Origin: Klebsormidium nitens
Taxonomy: Eukaryota; Plantae; Klebsormidiophyceae
Reading direction: 5' to 3'
NCBI GenBank assembly: GCA_000708835.1
Contig: DF237423.1
Location: 1 to 64,000 of the forward strand
Length of the DNA stretch: 64,000 bases
Shown here: one piece after another, positions 36,070-47,460 of the stretch
Numbering within the stretch: position 1 is the stretch's first letter
Layout of the letters: each line of letters opens with the position of its first letter
Position numbers and translations under genes: made by a program
The notes under the pieces: generated by a model
Databases searched by the model: none
What the model saw: the letters and a program-made list of their open reading frames with translations, nothing else
Told to the model about the DNA's origin: nothing

Positions 36070-36960
36070 TTAACAGCAGAAAGACAAAAAGGACGAAAAA
36101 CGTATCTGCCATTCGTATCCCTCCACGTCTATCTTGATCACATCCACGCGCGCGCGCGCCCAGTCTTCGCCTTGTAGCAGCGTGTCCAGCCTCACGTAAT
36201 CCACCGGGACCGCGCCCGCGCCCGCGGCCGCCCCGACCGTATTCCCCGGGGCCCACGTCATGTTGTCGCGCACGAAAACCTTCTTCCAGTCACTCCGATA
36301 ACTCTCGTGTGACCTAAGAGCCGTGTGACCTAAGATAGGCACCCGGGGGACGGGTGGGGTTGGTATGGTGGTTAGGGTGGGGTGGGGTGCGGAGCGGCTG
36401 ATTACTCGGGTTAGGATTTTAGTTTGAAGTGCCCGGGTAGCTCGTATCTTAAGTCACACGCCCGTTAGGTCACACGAGAGTTACCGGTATCTTCCTGTCT
36501 CCGTCCCCGACAGCTTTATTCTCGACTTTCACCGCCAGGGACTCCTCCACCGAGCGCGCGAGCAGGCCCGCCAGGCGCGGGTTCGCCTCGACCGCCAGAA
36601 CGCGCCCGGTGGGTCCCACCGCGCGCGCGAACAGCGCCGTGTACCCGCCAACGCACGCGCCGACGTCCACCATGTTCTGCCCCGCGCGCACGAGCGCGCG
36701 CACCGCTTCGATGGTCCCCCGCTCCTACACGGTTCCTTGACATAAGTGCGGAGTGACGCCCCGATCCCGGGAGTCGAGGAAGAAGTGAGTGTCAAAGAAA
36801 TAAACGTAGCACATGAGGACGTGATAGCCCAAGTAGAACATTCTCTTCGCGGACCGGTCGTCGGCTCGGAGCGCCTCCGCTAGTTTCTCGAGAGCGCTCT
36901 TCAGGTCGCCCTGCTGGTGCGCGCGCTCGATCACGGCCCGCAAGTCAGGAGGGGTTTAAC
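36070..36960 (-). pseudogene. FkbM-family SAM-dependent methyltransferase, disrupted
   Basis: The translation reads FFLDSRDRGVTPHLCQGTV*ERGTIEA...NMVDVGACVGGYTALFARAVGPTGRVLAVEANP...ENKAVGD and, after an insert, VRLDTLL...VDVIKIDVEGYE. There is an in-frame TAG at 36725-36727 where the family has G-x-W-E, a MITE insertion, an upstream in-frame TAA and no clear C-terminus. Confidence 0.8.
36301..36481. mobile_element. MITE of 181 bp with perfect 17-bp TIRs and a TA target-site duplication (Tc1/mariner-type geometry)
   Basis: The ends are TA|actctcgtgtgacctaa and ttaggtcacacgagagt|TA, with TA at 36299-36300 and 36482-36483. Subterminal gtgtgacctaag repeats are present. Confidence 0.88.
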
Positions 36961-38988
36961 CCTTGACCTCTGGCAGGTGCAGTCTGGGGGAATCTGTTTC
37001 CACCTCTATATGATACGAGCTGAAAATTGTCGTTCGACGTGGCAAAGTCCTTGCTCAACGGCTTGAACAGACCTTGCATCTCGACTTTTACCCAGACGGG
37101 AAGGTCACGACGACCCCCATTGATGTCGTCTGCAAGAAGGTCGAGAATAGCGTTCGAATCTAGTGTTAAGCCAAAGGGACCTGGTATTTTTTGCGCGAAT
37201 TCGAATTAGAAAAGTGGGAGAACTGATCTGCGGCGTCGCTATCTTCGGAGGAAAGTTTGCAATTGCGATCTGATCCTACGTCTCTCTCAACAGCGAACAC
37301 GCGAGCGAGCTTTTCCAAGGGTTTGGAGGCCCTCGAAAGAGCATTGCAGGAACTAAAGGACAATTTCGAGCGGAGCTATATACGCAAAGGGCGGCAATGA
37401 GCTCTAACTTTGTCGGCAGATTTTGCGCTTAGCAAACGAGGCCCATTTAATGCAATGCAGGTAAGAGGTCTTGCTTCGCTTCGAATCCGCAAAGAGGTCG
37501 TTACGGACCATATTGTGACGTAACAGCCGCGCACTCAGCAAATCTGGTCTAACGTTCGAGAACTCTGCATCCAAATCTTTTCTCCACGATTGTGATCCGC
37601 CCATCTGCGCGCCCCGCCGTAGGCCTCACTTACCTGTCACCGTTATCTAGTGATGGCTGCCTTCTGTTTGCGGACCGACTTTCTCTCCGTTCAAGTTCCT
37701 CGAGAACACATTGCTGTGGGTGAAATCTTTCCGGTCCCGTTCCGGGTCGAGTTCGGATACAAGCAAGTACTGAGGAGATGAAGATGACGTTCACTAAAAA
37801 GCTGAATTGAGTTTGGAAGTAAATAGGCCACCCAATCACCAAATCTCCAAGAGACCAACTTTTCAGCTCGCCTGCCCACCTCTGTGTTCCTTTGCAGCAT
37901 CAGGCACTTCTTCGAGATTGTCTATCTGTTCCCCCAGATCTCTGACAATGGTAAGAAGCTCCTCCGTCTCCAGATCCCCTCCATCTGCATTGATGTGGCT
38001 TACGTTGGGCTGCCTTGGGAAGATGTTCTGATGCAAGGAAAGGAGGATAAGCTGTTAAACTGTGAGGACAAGTATGAAGGCGATGGCAAATAAGCATAAT
38101 AATGAAGAGAAGAAGTCGGTTTATTGTGAAACTTTCTTGCGGATAGTACCTTTGTTCGAACTCGGAGCCTTGAGTCCGTAACCATTCATCGGATTGACCA
38201 GCGGCGAGCTTAATCTGCAGGCAGCCTCAATCTTCCGATCGCACATTCACTGCTGTTGTGAACCTTTATCCTTAAAGTTGGATGGCAAATTTTGAGTGCT
38301 CCGTTGAGATGCTTGGAGGGAGATCGCCGGACTTTGTAAGGGGAATTCTGCCGTTCTCAGCAGATTATCTTCCGGCGTTTCGTTCATTGCCAGAGAGCTC
38401 ATTGGTCAGCTTCGGTAGAAAGGGTCGTAGCTGGATTCAAAGCAGGGGTACAGACTGCCGGGCGTCCGCCGCTGATGCTCAAAACTGTAAGTATGAGAGG
38501 TTGAAGAGTCCACTTTTACTTGGAACCAAACGAACCAGTCTCTGAGATGACAAATTAACAGCTTGCCACCTCACAGGCCTTCAGTCAGTCCGAGCCGCCA
38601 CGTTTGCTAGGGCGCCCCAAAAATATCATGACCAAAATACGGGGCATCGTTTCTTTCTTTCACGTAGCAGCGACGTTGCGGTCGTTCCTTTCGACACAAT
38701 CGCCTACCGACTTTGTGTTCATGGTGGGCTTTACCGGATAGCGTATCACAGTGTCATGCATATCGTCGGGTAAGTCTGCGGTAATTGCCACTCGATGTGG
38801 CGCGTTGAGCTGAAACCGTTTCAAGAATCATTGTGCGTTCAGATGAGCCGTTAAGCGAAGGTGATGTGACAACTTGCCTTCCGGAATACGCAAAACAACT
38901 GCGGGCTCAATTGTGCCAGCAATCTCAAGCCTACTGAGGACAAGCCGGGACTTTTGAAATCAACGTATGGTCATATCGCACTCTGGTA

Positions 38989-39160
38989 AGTCTAGTCTGC
39001 CCTAACCGCAGTGTGCCTTAAAATAGGCGGCGGCCCGGGGGACGCGGGTAGGGTGCGTTGGGGTGCGGATCGCGTAAGTTTCTGGGTTAGGGTTTCAATT
39101 TGGTTGCTCGGGGTCTACTAATTAATGTTTTGGCACATAGCTGTTTGGGCGCACAAGAGT
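38989..39160. mobile_element. Diverged second copy of the same MITE family
   Basis: The ends are TA|agtctagtctgccctaa and ttgggcgcacaagagt|TA. The internal blocks ataggc..cccgggggacg, ggggtgcgga and gggttagg.ttt are collinear with 36301-36481. Confidence 0.72.
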
Positions 39161-40219
39161 TACCACTGACCAGTATTCATATCTCATCCAGGTGTGACCG
39201 TCGAAACGTTGGCACGCCTAGTCGAATCGCGGCTGCGTCTGTCTATCATTAGCAAGACACCGCATGATAGCGGCGCATGCGTGAAGGGGATAGCAATGGT
39301 CGGCAGAGCCTGTAGCACACTCGCCACTTGCGGTTCCCAAGGTGGTAAAATTGTTTCTGTCTGATCAGAACACGACAGACACTTGTTGCCGTCTTCCAAG
39401 AGTAATGAACTTTTTGTCTATAGGCTCTATCATGATGCATGAGTGACCATAGCAACTTGAGGAGATCCAAGATGATCCTCATGCCAAGAACCAAAAAGCT
39501 GGGCGACGTACGCGCTTATCAGAGATGATCGGCCGGATGCATAAAACTCTTACGTGACTATATTCGATCGACGCTCAAGGCTGAGTGTACGTCCGAGAAT
39601 TCTCGACGGCAATCCGAAAGATTCGACCAGCATCATTTTTCAAAGCGCTTTGACTCTAATCGATGCCCATTACTTGCACCGAATGAAGGTAAACGTAGTC
39701 CATCCGGCGGTCCAGTCCAATAGATTTAACAATCAGTAGCGTTTGCCGGAAGCTTGGAACTGGGGTGAACATTCCGTTTCCAGGTTCTACGAAACGCTTC
39801 AAGTTACAAGAGCCGGCCTTTATCAACAAACTCTACAAGCTCTATTCAAAAGGGCTTGATTTTACCAAAACGTATCTATCAAAAGTAAACCCTGGTCCCA
39901 GGATTCTTCATAGGCCCATGCTAGCCATTGCGCTTCATGAAGCGCTCTTTGACAAAAGGTTTAGCAGACGGAGCCTTTTGCAATCTCTAGTCTCCAAACG
40001 CTCCACATGGTACACAAGTTCTTATCGTTACATGGGCGAAAGCAGGCCCGCTTCTATGCTCATTGACCGGTGACGCTCTCGCTCAAGTCAACATTCCCGT
40101 CCGTGGCACAGCTTTCTCGCCCGTCCGTGCTAAAAGTACACGTATCATCCGGATCAGTTGACTCATTTCAATCGTGACCGCTAACGTACAGTTTTAAGCT
40201 GCCCGCCAAAAGCGAGAAA

Positions 40220-43200
40220 TCACGCCCCCGCTTTGAGCTCAGTTGCCACCCCATCCGCTGCACGGGGCGCCTCCTTCTTCATTCTCTGCTCGCGCGCCCC
40301 CTCGTCCTCTAACCTCGGCACGTCGGAGGGCGCGGGCGCTTCCTTCTCCTCAACCCCCGGTCCATTCTCCTGCTTGGGCGCCCCCCCATTGGGCGCAGAC
40401 TTCTTCTCCTCCTCCTCTGGTTGCGCCTCGGTTCCGGCCGCCTCCGTTCCTTCCGCTGCCACTCCGTCCGCCGCTTCTCCCTCGGCGGCGGCCTCCGTCT
40501 CCACCTTGCCATTCGCGCCCTCCCCCTGGTCGCCCTTTTCGGCGACGTCTCCCTCGGGCGCCTGCTCTTTGCTCCCGCCATCACCGGCGACCTTCTCCTT
40601 GGGCGCCTTCTCCTCAGCCTCCGTGCTGACGTCAGCGGGCGCCTCTTTGCTCTCGTCAGCAGGCGCCAGAGCCGGCTCCGCGTCCTCTGCAGCGGGGACG
40701 TCCTCGTCCACTTCGGCGGGTTTCTCCTCGGTGACGTCAGCGGGAGCTTCTTCGGCCTCTTTGGCGGGCGCCGCTTCCGTCTTCTCGCCCGTCTCGGCGG
40801 GTTTTTCCTTGCTGACATCAGCGGCCTCCTCCATGCTGACGTCGGCGTCCGCCGGCTTCTTCTCAACCGCGCCTGCGGCGGGGGCTTCCTCGGCCTTGGC
40901 TGCAGTCTGTTCCCCGTCCTGTCAAGGGATATGTATTAAGGTAAGCAATCAACGACTTCGTCAAACGTGTGCACGTTATGCAATGTGACTATTTACCAAC
41001 ATCGCAGAAAAGAAGACCAATCCGGCAGACGGCTGGTGAATTCTAAGGCCGAAAAGCAGTGCCAGGACGAGTTACTGTCTTCGTATTTGAGATTGTCGCA
41101 ATTGCAAGCAACGTCGATGTTCCCAACCGAGCAATATTTCACTATGCAGTTGCTTTACCTAGTAGCTGAGGTTTGTATATCAACAACAGTCGCAGACTCT
41201 GCAAAACAGTAAGCCATTCAGAGAATCCTCGCAAAATGTTGAAATTATCGACGGTCCTGCAATCTGGAGAATCAGCGAACTTTCCGGGACGGCATTAAGC
41301 CTGCCCGCCAGCTTTTCAGATTGCAAAGCATCTAGATCCACAGCTTGCCCACAGGCCCATGCAGAGTCGCTCTGACAACTGTCCAAAAAGCCCAGAGCAA
41401 ATCTGCAAATACGAACAGCCAATTCGTGTGTGCGACAGGAAGCCCAACCCTCCACCCCACTCACCTGCTCTTTCTTCGCCCCGTCTGTCTGCGCCGCTGC
41501 GCACTCCATCCCCCCGGGGCACTTCGCATAGCCCCGGTAGTGCCCGTTGTGCAGCTTGATGAGCGCCGTCTCGAGGTCCCGGCAATCGACGCCGGACGCC
41601 TTGGCCAGCTCCTCCAGGACGTCCGTGGCCTTGACCGGCGACTGCGCCTTTTGGCCGTCCGAATCCGCGCCCTTCTGGCGCTTGTTGGTCCGCGCGATCT
41701 TGGAGACGAGGCCCAAGTGCTGCGAAGGGATCGTGAATTGTTCAGCTTGCTGAGGTCACTAATAGAAGTGCTGACGTATGTCATCGGCTTGCTGATTGGG
41801 CTTAGCCACCAGGCAAAGGTTACGGTGCCTTGGGAGGAAAATCGCTCGAGCTAAATATGACTTGGGTTCGGCTCACCGCTGATGATGCGGAATACACAAG
41901 CACTGCAAACCGTCGGGCTCTTCAGAATGAATGAGCCCGCTGGCTTCTTTGCTTTGAAACGGCACGGGTAGAGAGGTGTCGTCCGGTGGTCACTGCATCG
42001 AAAACTTTACAAGGTAGCTGCAAAAGCCAACAAAGTAATAGAAACATATGCCTCGAACCATCGAAAACTGCTCAACAACCTAAGAAACATATAATTAGCC
42101 TCTTGACCGTCATCAAAGTTAGATCGGCTACACGACCACAACCAACCCGCATGATATTCTGCTGCGAATGCTCGAGACGCCGCGTCCCTATTAGAACCTG
42201 GTTCAGAGCCCTGTCAACGTTCTTCCACTGATATGCAAGAACTCAAAAAGCCTATACGGACTCCCCTTGTCGCGTGCAGCCCCCACGGTTCTGAGACAGT
42301 TTCCTTCCAGATCAGAACCTGAAACATACTCAGACGAAAAGACCAAAGTGAAAACCTGACCGTTGGGGCCAGCACTGAAACGTTTCTCGACCGGCCGTGC
42401 CCACGGTGACCCTTGTCAGAAAGTTCTCAACGCCGGGGCACGAATCCACTTACCTGCACTACTTCCAGCGCCCTGTCGCTGATGTCGAGCCCGTCCTTGA
42501 CCACACCTCTTCACCCGTCGGTCACAAGACGACTTTTGTTATTAATGCCGAGAAATCCGACCCGCGGCTCTCACCTGCGCTGCTTCCAGCGCCCTCTCGC
42601 TGACGTCGAGCACGTCCTTGACCTGCGGGTACAGCTCCTTGAGGTCGCGCAGGAACAGCTCCGCCGTGGTGGGGCCCATGTACGGCAGGGCCTCCACGCT
42701 CGCGCGCACCTCGCTGCACACAAGCGGCGGATCGATAATCAACGATTTTCGGGTCAAGTGAAAGATAGTCTTACTGTTTGAAGCCAAGCTTTTTCTCCTC
42801 TGTATTTCAGATGCATCGAGTCTTATACTAGTTTTCCTTCTTCTCTTTCTCTGCAGGTGAGCGTGTAGTGCAGGGCTTCCACTTTGGCATGCACCTCGCT
42901 GCACACACGCCGGTGCATCCGGTTGAGATCTCAGATATCGATTGTCAGGTACCTCCGAAGGCGATTGGGTAAGTGAGATGTTTGTCTTCTCTGCAGCGAC
43001 GTTTTGTGGGTACAATGACGCCACAATATTTCACAACGATCATGTGTAAGAAGGTCACCCCATTAGCCCGCAGCTCGCTGCACAGACATGGATGCAAGAG
43101 AGGTGGAGAGCTCTCATCAAGGGAAGAGGATGACTTTGGCAGTCACTACTCGAGCAAAGGAGACTGCTGAGAGGAGACTGCTCACTGCGGGTCCTCGGAG

Positions 43201-46200
43201 CTGGTGAGCAGCTGGCGCACGCTGCCCGCGTACTGGTCCTGCAACACCTGAGTCAGCGATTGCAGCTGCTTGGTGGTGCGGTCGCGGCGCTGGGCCTTAC
43301 CCTCCTGCAAATTGGAGAAATGGTCTCGAACCAAGACGTTCGAATGGACGGAACGGGCGGGGTTGGTCTGGAGGTTCGCTTTGGATCGTCGATTTCTTTC
43401 ACCCTAGAGTGCTTCTTTTGCAAGTTACCCTTATCGGAGGAAGGGGGGAATGGAACTCGAGACTTTTACCCTGAGTTCTTGGAAGTTGGCCTGGTAACAA
43501 CGGGTGGCCGGACAACCAGCCCGGATCGACGAGCATATGTGAGACAACATGGAGGAAGAGAGTGCAAAGGATGCCAATCCATATACGGATAAGGCTGGGG
43601 AATGTCATGTGAGCAGATTTCCTGCTTTCAATGCCTCCGTAGTCAATAATCAATAAAAATTTCAGCTCTTTTGCTTGGCTTCAAATGTGCCTGGACTCGA
43701 TTAGGTAGCCCTTTTGACTTTTATTTTTCCTCTGTCCCGCCCCGTCCAAGAGGCCCGTACTGAAGCGGGACCTTCTTGACCCATTGTATATTCTTGCACA
43801 ATTTTTGCTGTCCCTCTTGGGGCACTTACCAAGTCAGCTGGACTGCCCCTCCCCAGAACACCAATGCCAATGTCGCCCTGGCTGCTCCTTCTCCTAACCG
43901 TTAAATACTTCGTCTTTAAAATGTTAACTCTTACCTTACCCCCCTGCACCCCCTTCGTAGCTATAGGCATCTACATCTGGATGGTAAGAATCTTACAGGG
44001 CGCTTTCTTGAAAAGCCCTGACCCCTGACCAACAGCCGATTCTCGGACCCCTCCTAGTCCAACATGGCATTTTTATACACAAGAGTCAACAAGGGAACCA
44101 AGCGCATCTTTCCGGACCATCAAACCATGCTACCAGATGTCAACTTACATCAAAGCACCCACTACTTTTCCTGGGGCTTCGAATCAGACTGGTGTCCAAC
44201 CCCACACTTCGCACATACAAGCCTCCCTGGTCACTCAAGACTCTCCAAAATCCGTCCTTATGTCCCACAGCGCCTCATCCTCACGTTTACCTCCCTTGAT
44301 GTAAGTTTCGTCCTAATCAAAACTCTCAGCTAACCCAAGCTGGTGTACAAAACCCCCAACTGGTGATGACATATTGCCCCACTCACCGACAGCTTGTCCC
44401 ACAGCGCATGATACTCCAGCTTGCCGGCGTCTGACACATTCTTGATGCCCCCTTCAGTCAGCACTTTGTATGTGTTCACGACCTGCCCCGCACTGATCCC
44501 CCGGCTGAAGAGCACCGAGAGCAGGAACCACTGCTCAAGCGCCGCGTCACCCCCATTCTCAAGGTCAATGCCGGCCTCCTTGCTCTGGCGGCCGCCGTAC
44601 CTGCAGATAGTTGGCTAAGGATTGGAACCGACATATTTAAACAAGGGGTGATTTTTTTGGAGCGACTCGTTGGAGTCCTTGTGGAGGCGGCGACGACTAT
44701 ACTTGCAATAACGAGGAATTCCAGGTTTTGTAGAGCTCTCTTTGAGAGTTTGCCTACTTTCAGCGAATAGACTCACGGATTCAGGGAACTAGGGGTATTT
44801 TAGGCGCGAAAGGCCTTGGGGATTTGCAAGTACAGTCCGCATATTATTGCGTTAGACAACAAAAGTAGCGCTCTACAACAGCTCTTCAGTGTGCCCCCAA
44901 GAAGCTTGACAAGACTTGGTGAAACAGCAACTGCGTTAGCAATTGCAATTGAGTCAGTCTTATATTTTCAGAGGATCCTGGGATAGCCTCTTTTCAGACC
45001 CTGTGCAGGACACCAGAACTTCTGTGAACACTGGGGCGCCTGCAGGGCTCACATTGCTTGCAAACCATAAGCAGTAAGAAAACGGCAGGAACTATAAAAG
45101 AACTGAGAGCTATGATGGTAAGATAGCTTGTGCTGGTGCATGCACCTGCATTTTTCACAAGGACAAAAAGCTTTGTTACCCAGATATCAATACTTTTCTA
45201 AGTTACATTGAATTTCAATGTATTCATTTGTTTGGAGAGAAAGACACATCACTGTTTTGCCCATGTTTGACAACAGCAAGTTTTGTAGGCTATGCATTTT
45301 TCAGACTGAGTCCAGGTAAAACAGTATTACATCATCTTAACTGACGCAAGCGTTGAAAAACACATGCAACTATTTGGCGAGGAAATGCAAAGGGACCTTG
45401 AGCACACCTTTCAAAAGCCAGAAGTAACAACAGCCAATCAAGACTGGAGGGAATGAAAGGAGCTGGCCCCAAGAGGGCTTCTACCCAAGAAGAGTTATCA
45501 TACGCTTCCAAAACATGTTTAATGCTCACCATGAAGTTTGGTGGGTATGGACAAATCCAGAAATGTGAAGACACTTGGTAAAATGTGAATCTTATGTGGT
45601 AATGTCGATTTGCTTATCTGCCCTTTTGATTGCTTGTTTGGGGGCAAAGCAAGCGCAAAAAGACCAAGAAGCTCCCCTTCGAAGAGCTGGATGTCACACA
45701 AACACAATGAAAGGTCAGCATAGAATTTCTTACAACCATTTTCTACATAAGTTGCCTTGTGTAAGCGATGGCACTGACACTACGGCGTTCTGAGCATCCA
45801 TGTCTGGTGAAATACATCTCACTGAAAATACAATTGAAGGCTTCAGACAGTGGGCCCCCACCGAATGGTAAATGGAGGGCTGGTCCCATTTTTGTTCCTG
45901 TCCTTAGAACCACATGCAGCCTGCTGTATAGCCCTCTCACAATGTCAATCCAATACCTCAGGAATGCCTCTCTGCCCTTCCAGCCATCTTTCTTTCAAAG
46001 GTAAAAGGTAAAGTAACCATCCTTGACTGGAATACATGTACATGCACGATGGCATAATCCACATTGTCCTGCTCTTCTGTTGCTCTTGCAGAAAAGAAGA
46101 GGAACGCATGTCTTGGAAGGGGGATCAAGGGGTAATGCAACGAACGGTATAAGGTTGCAATGGATGCAGTCTAACCAGACAGGGTAGGTTGACAGTCAGC

Positions 46201-46468
46201 CCCCAAACGTCATCATGAGCTGGATATGACTCCACTGAGTAAAGCCACAAAATGCCCCTTCTCTTATGTTTCAGCTCAAAAATAAAATGGAGACAAAAGT
46301 AATTAGCTCAGACTCCAATTTCCATCAGATCAAGTTCCTACTCCTCAAGTGCACTTACCTGTCTATGAGACCAACAGCGAGTTCCTGCTGGTCCTTCTCG
46401 CCCAGACGCCCTGGCAGCACTTGCGTGTGCTCCTTCTTGGAGGCAGCGCCGCGCTTCCTTGGGGCCAT
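40220..46468 (-). CDS. Helix-hairpin-helix (DNA glycosylase/endonuclease III-like fold) protein resembling an uncharacterised prokaryotic family, with a long acidic E/A/P/K tail; 6 exons
   Basis: The exons splice to MAPRKRG...LIDR|YGGRQSKEAGIDLENGGDAALEQWFLLSVLFSRGISA...LWDKLS|EGKAQRRDRTTKQL...DQYAGSVRQLL...|EVRASVEALPYMGPTTAELFLRDLKELYP...ERALEAAQ|HLGLVSK...DLETALIKL...|DGEQTAAKAEEAP...ELKAGA*. LPYMGPTTA is an HhH hairpin motif. Confidence 0.75.
42440..42630 (-). repeat. Duplicated exon end plus donor of the HhH gene
   Basis: The true junction is GCGCTGGAAGCAGCGCAG|gtgaga (42575). The copy is GCGCTGGAAGTAGTGCAG|gtaagt (42454), 121 nt further into the intron. Confidence 0.85.
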
Positions 46469-47460
46469 TGCGACTGAGCAAAAGCGCAGAAGCTGATTCA
46501 ACTGTATGTTCAGAAGCAGCAACACCCTTGCAATGTGAGGGGTGAGCTCGTCCCTAAGGAAAGCGCGACGCGAGCTGAACTTCAAATCTTCAACACGGTC
46601 ACCAGTGTAGCGCCAAGTTCCAACCACATTCACAAGCACATGGCAAACTGACCAAGAAAAGGAACCAGCATCAACTTCTGAAACTCGCTTTCTCTTTCCT
46701 TGCGCCTGTTCACACTACGCTTTATCAGCTGTGCTTGTGCCGTGATTGGTAATGTGTAAATTGGCTCTACATACTTGATTGCCACGTCACCAAGTCCGCA
46801 AAATCTTTGCATGCAGTCGCATTTATTTCCGGCGCTTTGTCTTGCGTCACCCTTGGGTGCCAAGTCTGAAAAATGACGTCCGCAAAAGGCACATGCCGCA
46901 GCCAAGTCAGCAGTGCATAATGGCGCCCGGCCCAGTCCAGACTCCAAAGCCCTGTTTAGAGGGCTTGCTACTGAATGCAAGCCCTCTTGAGTCTCAGCTC
47001 AAACTTGAATGCCAGCTCTTTGGAAAGGCCTTCTGCTCAAGACGTTGGCGCTAGAACGACGCATCACTTTTTACTCTAAAAGTCTCCAAGACGCCTTTAA
47101 AGGGGAATTTCCCTGCCCGTAAAAGCTGGCGCGCTGCAATTGGTCTTCTAGGTATCATTCAGCAGCTGTTCAGCATTTGTCGGACCTGTCAGTCCGCTCC
47201 TGGACATTCATCCTCACTCAAACATTCTCCTTAGTTGGGCTTACTTCTTCTTGGAGCGCTGCAGCTCATATCTCACACTGAGGGAACAGGCTGCAATGCG
47301 TGGCTGAACTAGATTGCAGCATGCTGTAATACTTCTATCTTCTAAAGAATAATTTCAAGGAAGCAAGCTCTCTTGCCACTGATCAACCACCGCTGCCAGC
47401 AGCTGAAGAAGCCCTCTCAACTACCTGAACCACCAGATACCAGTCGTCAAATACTTACCA
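46469..47460. promoter_or_regulatory. Probable bidirectional promoter region between the HhH and arginine decarboxylase genes
   Basis: The two divergent start codons are about 1 kb apart. No specific motifs were assigned. Confidence 0.45.

Noticed and set aside
36725-36727. In-frame TAG as possible readthrough or pyrrolysine recoding
   Set aside because: The gene has other lesions, and a single G-to-A change from the expected Trp codon explains the TAG.
37840-38060. Minus-strand frame DGGDLETEELLTIVRDLGEQIDNLEEVP that looks protein-like
   Set aside because: It is an isolated fragment with no identifiable family or linked exons.
39084-39098. Telomere-like gggttagggttt
   Set aside because: It is a single unit inside the MITE copy. 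The aaaccctaaaccc near 19065 is coding sequence.
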